A stretch of 64,000 nt of DNA from Dissulfurispiraceae bacterium (GCA_035319185.1 DATHDF010000074.1:77537-141536); one strand, 5' to 3'. Numbered from the stretch's first letter, positions 1 to 9,468 are shown. The notes: generated by a model from the sequence alone, not told the origin. Made by a program: numbers and translations.

Positions 1-430
1 CAGCGTAACAGTGGGGTTCAGAACAATAGTGCTCGACGATCGTGCCGAGTTTGCCGGTCGCGAAAGGTTTCCAGCCCCTGTAGAACTCGTTTTGCTGGAA
101 TCCTTCGAAAAGCTGCCTCAGCTCGAGATTGATGAAGACAGTTACATAGCGATCGTAACGCGCGGCCACCTTTATGACAGGACGGTCCTGGCTTCTGCAT
201 TGAAAACTGCAGCGGGATACATTGGAATGATAGGCAGCCGAAGGAAGCGGGACGCTATATTCAGTGCCCTTGCAGATGAAGGTTTCACCAGGCAGGACCT
301 CGATCGCGTATATTCTCCGATAGGCACGGACATCGGGGCCGAGACGCCTGAAGAGCTGGCCGTCAGTATCGTGGGAGAATTGATAAAGGTAAGGGCCGCA
401 AAACTGAAATGTCCGTCCGGGAAAAAATAG
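1..430 (+). CDS. XdhC/CoxI-family molybdoenzyme maturation protein, C-terminal part (5' end outside window)
   Basis: Frame of ORF 11..430 stays open to the window edge. IAIVTRGHLYD and GYIGMIGSRRKR motifs match the XdhC Rossmann-like C-domain. Overlaps the next gene by 22 nt. Confidence 0.7.
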   Translation, partial: SVTVGFRTIVLDDRAEFAGRERFPAPVELVLLESFEKLPQLEIDEDSYIAIVTRGHLYDRTVLASALKTAAGYIGMIGSRRKRDAIFSALADEGFTRQDLDRVYSPIGTDIGAETPEELAVSIVGELIKVRAAKLKCPSGKK

Positions 431-1017
431 CTTCAATCGTCCTGTCGGCCGGCTATTCCTCCAGAATGTCCGATTTCAAGCCGCTTCTGCCGCTCGATAG
501 TTCCACCGTCATTGAAAAGGCGATCTCGACATTTACCGATACAGGCATTTCGGACATAACGGTCGTACTTGGCAACAGGGCAGACGATCTGATTCCGCTT
601 CTGGACCGCTTGCGTGTCAGGTGGGTTATTAACGAAGACTACCCGCAAGGTATGTTTTCATCGGTCGTCGCCGGTATCCGATCCCTCAAGAGTGGTATCA
701 GCGGCGTTTTCTTATTGCCGGCTGACGTCCCGCTTGTAAGAAGCAGCACCGTTGAGATGATGATCAATGCGTACGAAAGCTCTGAAGCCCTGGTCCTATA
801 TCCGGTTTACCTGAGGCAGCGCGGACATCCGCCCCTTATTTCCTCAGGCCTGTTTCCGGAGATTCTTGCCTGGAAGGGCATTGACGGCCTGCAAAAGCTT
901 CTTGAGCTTCATGAAAAAGAGGCCGGAGAAGTTGAAGTGCGGGATGAAGGCATACTGCTTGATATCGATACTCCCGACGACTATAAGAAAATATGTGCAA
1001 TTCTCAGCCGGGGATGA
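409..1017 (+). CDS. MobA-like NTP transferase, MocA/YgfJ type (molybdenum cofactor cytidylyltransferase-like)
   Basis: IVLSAGYSSRM nucleotide-binding loop; DYPQGMFSS and LLPADVP motifs typical of the MocA branch. Sits directly after XdhC. Confidence 0.75.
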   Translation: MSVREKIASIVLSAGYSSRMSDFKPLLPLDSSTVIEKAISTFTDTGISDITVVLGNRADDLIPLLDRLRVRWVINEDYPQGMFSSVVAGIRSLKSGISGVFLLPADVPLVRSSTVEMMINAYESSEALVLYPVYLRQRGHPPLISSGLFPEILAWKGIDGLQKLLELHEKEAGEVEVRDEGILLDIDTPDDYKKICAILSRG

Positions 1018-2393
1018 AGATCGGTCACGAAGAAATAATCGGAGAAACCGAAAGCCTCTGCCCTGTATGCCTCGACAGGATTCCGGCTAAACGGGTAGCC
1101 GTCAGAGACAATGTGTATCTCGACAAGACATGTTCTACCCATGGCCATTTCAGGACCATAGTCTGGCGCGGGCAGCCGTCATATGAATCGTGGCATGTTT
1201 CCAAACCTGCGGCGCACCCGACTATTTGCGCGACCGGCATCCGGCACGGCTGCCCCTTCGACTGCGGCCTTTGCCCTGAACATCGCCAGAATACATGTTG
1301 CGTTCTTCTTGAAGTCACTGACCGATGCAACCTGCAGTGCCCAGTCTGTTTTGCCTCTGCCGGCTGCATCAATAGTGATCCCGATATGCAGACAATCGGG
1401 AACTGGTATAGACTGCTGCTGGATTGCGGCGGGCCTTTCAACATACAGCTGTCCGGCGGCGAGCCCACCCTGAGAGATGACCTGCCTGACATTATTTCTC
1501 TGGGCCGCTCGCTTGGATTCGGCTTCTTCCAGCTGAACACCAACGGTCTTCGCCTGGCTGAAGACACGCTTTATGTACGCCGACTCAAGAAGGCCGGCCT
1601 GAGCTGCGTATTCCTTCAGTTTGATGGTACAACTGAAATGATATATGAAAAAATCAGGGGAAAAGCGCTGCTCGGAATAAAAGCAAGTGCTATCTCGCAT
1701 TGCATGGAGAATCAGCTGGGCGTGGTACTCGTACCGACTCTTGTTCCCGGTGTCAATACCGGCGATATAGGAAACATCATCGAATTCGCTATAGGACGCA
1801 TGCCGACTGTCAGGGGCGTTCATTTTCAGCCGATCAGCTATTTCGGCAGATACCCTAAGGCGCCTGTGGATTCGGACCGCATCACCATTCCGGAGGTGAT
1901 TACTGCAATCGAGCGGCAAACCGGCGGCAGGACGAAAATCAGCGATTTCCGTCCTCCCAAGGCAGAGAATGCCCATTGCTCATTTAACGGCAGCTTCGTG
2001 CTGATGAAAAATGGCGAGCTGATGCCGACCGGCAGGGCAGGCCAAAGCTGCTGTCAGCCGCAAGGCGCGGCTGATGGAGCCAGAAAGTCGCAGCTCTTTG
2101 TCGCCAGAAAATGGTCAGCAAGCAGTGACAAAAAAGAGGCGACTGCAGCGCATCGGAACAGCAGCTTCATGAACGTGACCAGCCTGGACGCATTCCTTGA
2201 GCGCGCAGAAAATTATTCGCTTTGCATTTCGGGAATGGCGTTTCAGGATGTCTGGAACATAGACCTGGAGCGGCTGCGGGAATGCTTCATACATGTCGTC
2301 CACCCTGATAACAGGATCGTCCCCTTCTGCGCATACAACCTGACCGGCAGTGACGGCAGGCCTCTTTACAGGCCTCAATGGAGATGTCATTGA
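1014..2393 (+). CDS. Radical SAM enzyme with N-terminal Cys ribbon and auxiliary cluster motif (MJ0619/tetraether-synthase-like architecture, family call tentative)
   Basis: CNLQCPVC is the CxxxCxxC core. Upstream are a CPVC..C..H ribbon and CPFDCGLCPEH; the C-terminus reads FQDVWNIDLERL..C.IHVVHPDNRIVPFCAYN. Start placed at ATG 1014 (ATGA overlap with the upstream stop); ATG 993 is the alternative. Confidence 0.75.
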   Translation: MKIGHEEIIGETESLCPVCLDRIPAKRVAVRDNVYLDKTCSTHGHFRTIVWRGQPSYESWHVSKPAAHPTICATGIRHGCPFDCGLCPEHRQNTCCVLLEVTDRCNLQCPVCFASAGCINSDPDMQTIGNWYRLLLDCGGPFNIQLSGGEPTLRDDLPDIISLGRSLGFGFFQLNTNGLRLAEDTLYVRRLKKAGLSCVFLQFDGTTEMIYEKIRGKALLGIKASAISHCMENQLGVVLVPTLVPGVNTGDIGNIIEFAIGRMPTVRGVHFQPISYFGRYPKAPVDSDRITIPEVITAIERQTGGRTKISDFRPPKAENAHCSFNGSFVLMKNGELMPTGRAGQSCCQPQGAADGARKSQLFVARKWSASSDKKEATAAHRNSSFMNVTSLDAFLERAENYSLCISGMAFQDVWNIDLERLRECFIHVVHPDNRIVPFCAYNLTGSDGRPLYRPQWRCH

Positions 2394-3709
2394 TTAGAAG
2401 GACACCCCTTGAAGCATGGATAGCCAGGAAGCTCGGACTGTCCGGGGGCCCCTTGACCAAAGACCTGATAGAATCGTATCAATTGCAAAAGCTGAGCGAG
2501 ACAATCCTGTATGCGTCAATGAACAGTCCGTTTTATAAAAGTAAATTCAGCTGCATCAGGCACCGTGAAATACAATCTCTCGCCGACATTGCCGTCTTCC
2601 CGCTGACAACAGCTGCGGATATCGCTGAAAAAGGTTTGCAGTTCTTGTGCGTGTCGCAGGACGAGATCAGCCGGGTCGTGACTCTCGATACATCAGGCAC
2701 GACGGGCAGCCCCAAGCGTCTGTATTTCACGCCTTCGGATCAGGAATTGACGACCGATTTCTTTAGGCATGGGATGTCCACGCTGGTCGAGGAAGGCGAC
2801 CGAGTACTGATACTGCTGCCTGGAGAGCGTCCGGGGAGCGTAGGCGATCTGCTCTCAGTCGCCCTGAAGCGCTTCGGAGTCATTCCGGTGCCTCATGGTG
2901 TAGTCGGAGATATGGACAAAGCCCTTGAAGTCATCAGGTGCAAGGCGATCAATTCAATTGTCGGCATCCCGATCCAGGTGCTTGCCCTCGCAAGATATTC
3001 AGAGTATCAGGGCATGGATCTTCATCTGAAGAGCGTACTGTTAAGCACCGACAATCTTTCTTCGGCCATTGTTCGCGAACTGAAACGACTTTGGAGCTGT
3101 CGAGTTTTCGATCATTACGGCATGACCGAAATGGGGCTCGGAGGCGGTGTTGAGTGCGATGCCCATGCCGGTTATCATATGCGCGAGGCGGATTTGTATC
3201 TGGAGATTGTAGACGATGATGGCAAACCGCTCCCTGACGGGCAATATGGCGAAGTGGTCTTTACAACTCTGACGAGGCAGGGTATGCCGCTTATTCGCTA
3301 CGGCACGGGTGATATCTCCCGGTTTATTCCGGAGAGGTGCAAATGTGGCGCCGTACTTCGACGGATGGATAAGATGTCAGGAAGAAGGAATAGCAGGGTT
3401 TCGATCGGCGGTGATCGGCAAATCGGCCTGACTGAGCTGGATGAAGTTTTGTTTGACCTCCCGGGATTGATAGACTTCACAGTATCGATGGATATTTCGG
3501 CCAATACAAAGATAATGTATGTTAAGGCCTTAACGGTCTGTCCGGTTACCGAACAGATAATTTCCTCGGCCCTGGATAGAATTCAGACAATCCGGGATGC
3601 GCGAAGTAGCGGCACATTGAAGATTATTTTCGAAATTGAAAGATGCATTGGCTTATTGCCGCCGTTCACCGGAAAGAGAAGAATCTTGCTGGTTGGATCA
3701 AATGACTGA
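2378..3709 (+). CDS. Adenylate-forming enzyme, phenylacetate-CoA ligase / coenzyme F390 synthetase-like (PaaK family)
   Basis: TSGTTGSPK AMP-binding motif, YGMTE, YGTGD. Overlaps the radical SAM gene by 16 nt. Confidence 0.75.
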   Translation: MEMSLIRRTPLEAWIARKLGLSGGPLTKDLIESYQLQKLSETILYASMNSPFYKSKFSCIRHREIQSLADIAVFPLTTAADIAEKGLQFLCVSQDEISRVVTLDTSGTTGSPKRLYFTPSDQELTTDFFRHGMSTLVEEGDRVLILLPGERPGSVGDLLSVALKRFGVIPVPHGVVGDMDKALEVIRCKAINSIVGIPIQVLALARYSEYQGMDLHLKSVLLSTDNLSSAIVRELKRLWSCRVFDHYGMTEMGLGGGVECDAHAGYHMREADLYLEIVDDDGKPLPDGQYGEVVFTTLTRQGMPLIRYGTGDISRFIPERCKCGAVLRRMDKMSGRRNSRVSIGGDRQIGLTELDEVLFDLPGLIDFTVSMDISANTKIMYVKALTVCPVTEQIISSALDRIQTIRDARSSGTLKIIFEIERCIGLLPPFTGKRRILLVGSND

Positions 3710-4313
3710 CCGTACGATTTACTTAGTCAGACATGGACGTATTCTGCTGCCGGACGATGAGAAGCGTTTTATAGGGCAGACTGATTTTCCATTGAATGAG
3801 GAAGGCGTCAGGCAGGCTGAAGCTCTGAAGAAGAAGCTGGCGGATGTCGTCATCACGTCGATCCATACCAGCGATCTCAGACGCACAAAACAAACTGCGC
3901 AGATACTATCTGAGGGGAGAAGCATATCCGTCTTTGAATGGAAAGATTTAAGGGAGCTGAGCCTTGGCACCTGGGAGGGCCTCACCTTCGAAGAAATCAG
4001 ACAGCGCTTCCCAGCTGAATTCGAGGCGCGCGGCAAAGATATTTTTAACTACCGTATCCCCGGAGGCGAGAGCTTCGCCGATTGCAGAACACGCGTCGTC
4101 GGGTCCTTTAATGACATATTAACAAAATCTGATGGGAACACTCTGATCGTCGGACACTCAGGCGTCAACCGCTTAATTCTTTGCCACGTGCTTGGAATGC
4201 CCTCAGCCAAGCTATTCAGTATCAACCAGGACTACGGCTGCCTCAATATTATTGAAAACCGGGATAACTGCTTCCGGGTCAGGGCCATAAACATTACTGA
4301 TGCGCTGCGATAA
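3702..4313 (+). CDS. Histidine phosphatase family protein (PGAM/CobC-like)
   Basis: IYLVRHG (RHG catalytic motif) at the N-terminus and a later GHSG. ATG 3702 overlaps the upstream TGA (ATGA). The longer ORF from 3636 has no support. Confidence 0.8.
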   Translation: MTDRTIYLVRHGRILLPDDEKRFIGQTDFPLNEEGVRQAEALKKKLADVVITSIHTSDLRRTKQTAQILSEGRSISVFEWKDLRELSLGTWEGLTFEEIRQRFPAEFEARGKDIFNYRIPGGESFADCRTRVVGSFNDILTKSDGNTLIVGHSGVNRLILCHVLGMPSAKLFSINQDYGCLNIIENRDNCFRVRAINITDALR

Positions 4314-4785
4314 ACATTCGATAAGTTGCATCGTTATACTCGTCTCGCTCTGCATGGCGGTTAGCTCCGTAGCTGTCTTTGGCCAGCAGCCGGCTGAATT
4401 GCCTGATCCCAATGCAGACTTCAGGGATCAGCAAAGAGAGATAAATGCGAAGCTTCTTGATTATACGGACAGGCAGATGAAATTGCTGAATTCGATGAAG
4501 GATTATTTAGGCAGAGAGCAGTATGATTCAGCCCTGGAATATGCCCCGGATTTTCCTCCTCTGCAGCCCCAGATACGGAGATTCAGGGGGGATGACGAGT
4601 TCAATTATTCGCGTGCCGGACTGGACACCCTCAAGCTCAGGATAATGGAGGCAGAATCTCGGAAAAAAACGCTGAGGGACCGGGTCATTGGATATAACAG
4701 TCAGCTGCCGGCGTGGTGGAACAGTGAAGAAGAGGACTTCCTCGAAAAGAGGAGGCGGGCTTTCCTGTCCGGACTTAAAAGATGA
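4300..4785 (+). CDS. Hypothetical secreted protein
   Basis: Hydrophobic signal-like N-terminus (IVILVSLCMAVSSVAVFG) followed by a charged coiled-coil-like sequence. Overlaps the previous gene by 14 nt. No family recognised. Confidence 0.5.
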   Translation: MRCDKHSISCIVILVSLCMAVSSVAVFGQQPAELPDPNADFRDQQREINAKLLDYTDRQMKLLNSMKDYLGREQYDSALEYAPDFPPLQPQIRRFRGDDEFNYSRAGLDTLKLRIMEAESRKKTLRDRVIGYNSQLPAWWNSEEEDFLEKRRRAFLSGLKR

Positions 4786-4812
4786 TCAGCAATCTATCTC
4801 TTTAAACAGCGC

Positions 4813-4968
4813 TTACCGCTGTTCATGACTCGGCAGCAGAATCGCCAATACGCTTCCGATCAGCATTATCCCGGCTGACATATAATATGCAGATATGGCC
4901 CCTGCCGGATATTGCAGATTGCTAACATTGACTGCGGCCCATGCCAGACCGTCTATATAATCGATCAT
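4813..4968 (-). CDS. Possible small membrane protein (51 aa), absent from the ORF track because it is under 60 aa
   Basis: Hand translation gives MIDYIDGLAWAAVNVSNLQYPAGAISAYYMSAGIMLIGSVLAILLPSHEQR. A GGGAGAGGGG Shine-Dalgarno lies 3-4 nt before the ATG, and there is one hydrophobic helix. Confidence 0.25.
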   Translation of the reverse strand: MIDYIDGLAWAAVNVSNLQYPAGAISAYYMSAGIMLIGSVLAILLPSHEQR

Positions 4969-5128
4969 AACCCCTCTCCCATCTTCGCGTTGCTATTTCT
5001 TGCTTGATATTAATCAAATGTCGTGCCACGCTTTATTGGGGCGTATATCAATGACATGTGGAGCAGATCCGCCTGCTTATACCTCTTTTTTGTCTATTTT
5101 ATTACAATTTTGTTAGAGTTTCCTGCAT

Positions 5129-6019
5129 TCACCGCACGGCTGTCCGGACTGCCTTTTGAAGTCCATCTATAATATCACGCCATGGACTCGCAAGCTCTCC
5201 AGTCGGGTCTGTTTCATATCGCAAGCGGGGTTTTATAATTACCACGTCGTCAAAAGTATAGGTCTTTCCTTCCCGGTCCTGTCGCGACAGCACGCTAAAA
5301 ACCATGCTGTCGGCACTAAGGATCGGCCCTGTTCCCTCGGCGTCAAGCAAAACAATATCTTTTCCTTTGATACGTATGTCCAGCACCGATGTCTTTAAAT
5401 TGACCTTGCCTTCGGCAGAGAGCCCGCCGGAAATGATCCTGCCTTCAGAAACCGCTGACATATCTAACCTCGATGATGCATCGGCAAATGGATAAGTCAG
5501 ATTGTCCATCTTAAGGTTAAGGCCCCTGATATCTATGCTGTTCCGATTCGCCGGCATGCGCTCATCTCTCATATGCAGCTCGCCGTCCTTAATTGCGAGC
5601 GCCGAAATCTCGAAGAGAGGCGCGGCATTTTTTTCACTATCCCCATCTTTACCCTGGCCCGTCACAAAGGGTAGTTGCAGTTTTCCGTCTTTGTCGATCA
5701 CAACGATGATATACGGCCTTTCAATAGTTATGCCGGAAACCGAATAATGTCTTTTGACAAAACCCAAAAGGTCAGCCGAAACATGCAAATGGTCTGCGTG
5801 AAAAACCTCCTTTCCATCCCTCGCGTAAGCCACCCCATAAGCATCTGCACTGCCCCGATTGAGCACGATGCGTTCGACGCGAAAATCCTTTCCGAGGAAC
5901 CTTTCGAGCTGGGACTTGAGGATCTCGTCAGCATTTCTGATGACGATGTAGAGCGCGACACAGATGAGAAGGGTAATGATAGAAAAGCAGATTAAGATGC
6001 GTTTTCCGAAAGTGGTCAT
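5129..6019 (-). CDS. Membrane-anchored AsmA-like/DUF748-like protein
   Basis: N-terminal TM helix (ILICFSIITLLICVALYIVI) followed by beta-rich repeats of the type seen in AsmA/DUF748 proteins (ITIERPYIIVVIDKDGKLQLPF, LAIKDGELHMRDE). Family call is from memory. Confidence 0.55.
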   Translation of the reverse strand: MTTFGKRILICFSIITLLICVALYIVIRNADEILKSQLERFLGKDFRVERIVLNRGSADAYGVAYARDGKEVFHADHLHVSADLLGFVKRHYSVSGITIERPYIIVVIDKDGKLQLPFVTGQGKDGDSEKNAAPLFEISALAIKDGELHMRDERMPANRNSIDIRGLNLKMDNLTYPFADASSRLDMSAVSEGRIISGGLSAEGKVNLKTSVLDIRIKGKDIVLLDAEGTGPILSADSMVFSVLSRQDREGKTYTFDDVVIIKPRLRYETDPTGELASPWRDIIDGLQKAVRTAVR

Positions 6020-6102
6020 GCTTTAGTATATAGTAACACGATGCCTTAAGACGCTTTGATACCTAAAGGCATTACGGAGTTCGATACAGTCTGCAATCCG
6101 CC

Positions 6103-7248
6103 CTACGCTATTGGCTTTTCGTAGATCCGGTACTTCTTGTACAACCTTCCCCCGATCATCTCAATTAGACGTATAACGTTCAGGTTGTCTTCGAGTATCC
6201 ATGAAAATTCCACGCGTTTATACCTGCCGCGTCTGACTCCCTTGAATGCCTCCCTGAACATTATTCCATCGACGCCTTTGTTACGATACTCAGGCTTGCT
6301 GCCAAGCAGCAACATTCGCAGATCGGGGATCTTCCTCGAGTAATAAAAAGCCTTTGCGAGCGTCACGGGGTTCAGCTTCCCATGCATCCTTCTGAGCACG
6401 AAATTGAAATCAGGGAGCATTCCCAGAAAACCTACTGCTTCGCCATCCTTCTCGGCTACGATCGTCATATCCGATACTACCAGCGGTTTCAGGCGCTTCG
6501 CGCCATACGACAGCTCGGCCTCCGACATTGGAATGAAGCCCCAGTTGTGTTCCCAGGCCGCGTTATAGACCTCCCTGAAGCCGCGCATGGCGTCCATGAA
6601 ATATTCCTTTGTGACCTGCCTCGCGGTTATGCCCTTCTTGTCGGCAATAGCTGCCACCCGCAATATCTTTTCCGGAAGTTCCTCTTCCACATGGTAGATG
6701 TATGCGAACAGGTCTTTAACTTTGGCAAGACCGTATTCGCTCATAAGATCGTTATAATACGGCGGATTGTAAGGCGTCATGAGCATCGGCGGCTCTTCGA
6801 ATCCTTCCAACAGGAACCCGCACTCCTCATTGGTCGAGAAATTCATCGGCCCGCGCATTATTGTCATGCCGGCTGCCCTCAACCGGTCGCAAACCGTGTC
6901 CAGAAGCGCCTTCGCAACAGTAGGATCATTGAAACATTCGAAAAAACCGAAGAAACCTGTGTTTTCATTATGAATTTTTATATGCAGGTGATTGACGATT
7001 GACGCAATCCGCCCGACAATCCTGCCCTTTCGCAAGGCCAGAAAAAACTCTACATCTGCTTCGTCAAAAAAAGGGTTCTTCTGAGAAAAGTGGACTTTAA
7101 GATCGTGGGTCAGCTGCGGGCAATAAAGCGGATCGCTGCTATAAAGCGAGAGCGGAAATTTTATGAAGCCTGAAAGATCCCGGCGGTTTTCAACCCTGAC
7201 TATATCGATTCCCGCCGGAGGAGACGCAGTCACAATGCCCCCTTGCAA
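6103..7248 (-). CDS. GNAT-fold N-acyltransferase (381 aa), candidate bacterial ceramide synthase (bCerS-like)
   Basis: Long ORF lying 5 nt downstream of the SPT-like gene. Sequence resembles the large GNAT-like acyltransferase family (FFGFFECF, WEHNWGFIPM). The functional call rests on gene context. Confidence 0.5.
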   Translation of the reverse strand: MQGGIVTASPPAGIDIVRVENRRDLSGFIKFPLSLYSSDPLYCPQLTHDLKVHFSQKNPFFDEADVEFFLALRKGRIVGRIASIVNHLHIKIHNENTGFFGFFECFNDPTVAKALLDTVCDRLRAAGMTIMRGPMNFSTNEECGFLLEGFEEPPMLMTPYNPPYYNDLMSEYGLAKVKDLFAYIYHVEEELPEKILRVAAIADKKGITARQVTKEYFMDAMRGFREVYNAAWEHNWGFIPMSEAELSYGAKRLKPLVVSDMTIVAEKDGEAVGFLGMLPDFNFVLRRMHGKLNPVTLAKAFYYSRKIPDLRMLLLGSKPEYRNKGVDGIMFREAFKGVRRGRYKRVEFSWILEDNLNVIRLIEMIGGRLYKKYRIYEKPIA

Positions 7249-7253
7249 TGCAA

Positions 7254-8444
7254 TCAGATGATTCCCATGGCCCTGCCCACCTTCCTGAAGGCCTCCAGTA
7301 CTTTGTCCAGATGTTCATCAGTATGCGTCGCCATATAACTGGTTCTTATCAAGGCCTTCCCCGGGGGAACAGCCGGTGAAACCGCCACATTGGCAAATAC
7401 ACCCTCTTCCTGAAGGACCATCGCCATCTTGAAGGCGGTTTCATCAGCCCCCACTATTATCGGGATAATCGGCGTTTCGCTCGGTCCAACCTGGAATCCT
7501 AAGTCTTTAAAGCCCTGCAGCATTCTATGCGTATTGGTCCAAAGTCGTGCGATCCTTTCGGGCTCGCTGTCAATTATATCAAGCGCAGCGCTGACAGCAG
7601 CAACTGAGGCGGGCGGCGGGCTCGCGCTGAATATCAGAGCCCTCGCCATATGCTTGATGTAATGGATCACGTCATCGTCGCCGGCGATGAATCCGCCGAT
7701 AGAGGCCAATGATTTACTGTATGTTCCCATCACGAGATCGACCTCGCTTTCGAGGCCGAAATACTCTGCAGTCCCCCTGCCGGTCTTCCCCAGAACGCCT
7801 ATGCCGTGGGCGTCGTCAACCATGAGGCGTGCTCCATATTTCTTTGCGATCTTCACAACTGCCGGAAGGTCGATGATATCTCCCTCCATGCTGAAGACGC
7901 CGTCGACAACGATAAGCTTCCCTCTTCCGTTGTTGTCATTGAGCACCCTTTCGAGGTCCGCCATATCGTTGTGCCTGAATCTCCTGACCTCGCCATAGGA
8001 GAGCTTGCAGCCGTCCACTATGCTGGCGTGGTCCATCTTATCGATGATAACCACATCATCTTTCCCGACGATCGCGGAAATAACGCCGAGATTCACCTGA
8101 AACCCGGTTGAAAAAATCAGAGCAGCGTCCCTCTTCATGAATCCGGCAAGTTTTTCTTCCAACCGGACATGGATATCAAGAGTGCCGTTTAGAAAACGCG
8201 AGCCGGCGCAGCCTGAACCATATTTTTTCACGGCTTCAATGGCAGCCTCTTTTACCTTCGGATGATTCGTCAGTCCGAGATAATTGTTCGAACCGACCAT
8301 TATCATTTTCTTGCCGTTCAGAACGACTTCCGGATCCTGAGCGCTCTCGATCATCCTGAAAAATGGATATATGCCGGCGTGCTGAAGCTCCCGGGCAATG
8401 GTAAACTTATAACATTTTTCGAATATGTCTGTTTTTTCGGTCAT
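7254..8444 (-). CDS. spt: PLP-dependent alpha-oxoamine synthase, serine palmitoyltransferase-like
   Basis: [29 protein letters not shown]-lysine motif [12 protein letters not shown] and RFRHND. The N-terminus (YPFFRMIES) resembles bacterial Spt more than BioF. Confidence 0.6.
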   Translation of the reverse strand: MTEKTDIFEKCYKFTIARELQHAGIYPFFRMIESAQDPEVVLNGKKMIMVGSNNYLGLTNHPKVKEAAIEAVKKYGSGCAGSRFLNGTLDIHVRLEEKLAGFMKRDAALIFSTGFQVNLGVISAIVGKDDVVIIDKMDHASIVDGCKLSYGEVRRFRHNDMADLERVLNDNNGRGKLIVVDGVFSMEGDIIDLPAVVKIAKKYGARLMVDDAHGIGVLGKTGRGTAEYFGLESEVDLVMGTYSKSLASIGGFIAGDDDVIHYIKHMARALIFSASPPPASVAAVSAALDIIDSEPERIARLWTNTHRMLQGFKDLGFQVGPSETPIIPIIVGADETAFKMAMVLQEEGVFANVAVSPAVPPGKALIRTSYMATHTDEHLDKVLEAFRKVGRAMGII

Positions 8445-9400
8445 AGCCAGCTATGGATCCTGTACCAATCGGCAGTCCACTTAGCTCCTTCCTTTATTTT
8501 CACCCTGGGAGAGAATCCCAGTCTCTCCCTCGCCTTGGTCGAATCACAAGTCCAGAAGGGATGCCTGATCTCTCTCATCTTGTCGGGATTGATTATGCTG
8601 AACCCCGGCATCTTCTCAGCCAACGCCCCGAATAGCGGCATCACGAATTTCGGAATGCCCAGCCTGATCGGGCTGCACTGAAGGGCCTGTGAGATGGCTG
8701 CAATAAGATCGTCCGACGAATAAATGCCTCCGTCGGACATGAAAAAAATCTCGCCTTCGCCTTCTTCCTTCAGCGCAGAGAGTATTATACCATGCACAAG
8801 GTCATCGACGTACAAGAACGAATAGTATGATCTTCCCCAGTAAGGAACCAAACCCATCTTGACCATCTTGTAGATCACGAGCAGGTCCCTGTCGCGGGGG
8901 CCATATACGGCAGGCGGTCTGACAATCGTAAACGGCATTTTCCCGGTTTGCCTAAGGACCGCCTTTTCCCCGCCGAGCTTCGTCCGCCCATAAACTGAGA
9001 CGGGTTGCGGCTCGCAGTCCTCTATGAGCGGCTTGCCCTGACAGCAGGGACCTGCGGCCGCCAGGCTGCTGACATAGATAAAGCGTTTCAGTCCAGGATT
9101 GTTTCTTAACGCAGCCTGCACGATATTCTCCGTGCCCGTTTCATTGACGCGAACGGCTTGATCTTCAGAAAGAAATTTAGTCAGGCCTGCCAGATGAAAA
9201 ATGTAATCGAAACCCTGAACTCCTGACAGCGATGCGGGATCAGTGCAATCGCCCTTCAGAAAAGATACATTGAGTCCCTCAAGGTATCTTATATTTGACG
9301 TCAGCCGTGTCAGGCAGGTTACATCAAAACCTTCGCGGATAAGGGCCTCGACAAGATGGCCTCCGATAAAGCCTGTAGCTCCGGTAACAAGGGCTCTCAT
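8441..9400 (-). CDS. NAD(P)-dependent epimerase/dehydratase-family (extended SDR) protein, CerR-like reductase candidate
   Basis: [12 protein letters not shown] Rossmann motif and YGRTK catalytic YxxxK. Overlaps the SPT-like gene by 4 nt. Confidence 0.6.
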   Translation of the reverse strand: MRALVTGATGFIGGHLVEALIREGFDVTCLTRLTSNIRYLEGLNVSFLKGDCTDPASLSGVQGFDYIFHLAGLTKFLSEDQAVRVNETGTENIVQAALRNNPGLKRFIYVSSLAAAGPCCQGKPLIEDCEPQPVSVYGRTKLGGEKAVLRQTGKMPFTIVRPPAVYGPRDRDLLVIYKMVKMGLVPYWGRSYYSFLYVDDLVHGIILSALKEEGEGEIFFMSDGGIYSSDDLIAAISQALQCSPIRLGIPKFVMPLFGALAEKMPGFSIINPDKMREIRHPFWTCDSTKARERLGFSPRVKIKEGAKWTADWYRIHSWL

Positions 9401-9468
9401 TGTCCTTATAATTCTAAGGAAAGCCGCTTTCTTTTTTCAAGAAAATGAAGCCGCGCAGCCGTCACGGA

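Noticed and set aside
1179-1976. Long antisense ORFs opposite confident genes: 1179..1976 (-), 6382..7002 (+), 10207..10854 (+), 11861..12406 (-), 25707..26477 (+), 30217..30882 (+), 31844..32512 (+), 37834..38700 (+), 43134..43838 (-), 46818..47378 (+)
   Set aside because: Each lies fully inside a gene whose product has clear family motifs on the other strand. Their translations are Arg/Ser/Pro-rich with no recognisable motifs, which is typical of shadow ORFs in moderately GC-rich DNA.
4969-4985. 14-nt identity (ATGGGAGAGGGGTT) between the leader of the 4813..4968 small ORF and the leader of the PepSY-like gene at about 23650-23670
   Set aside because: A rough estimate gives several 14-mer coincidences by chance in 64 kb on both strands, and the match is mostly a Shine-Dalgarno-like G-run.
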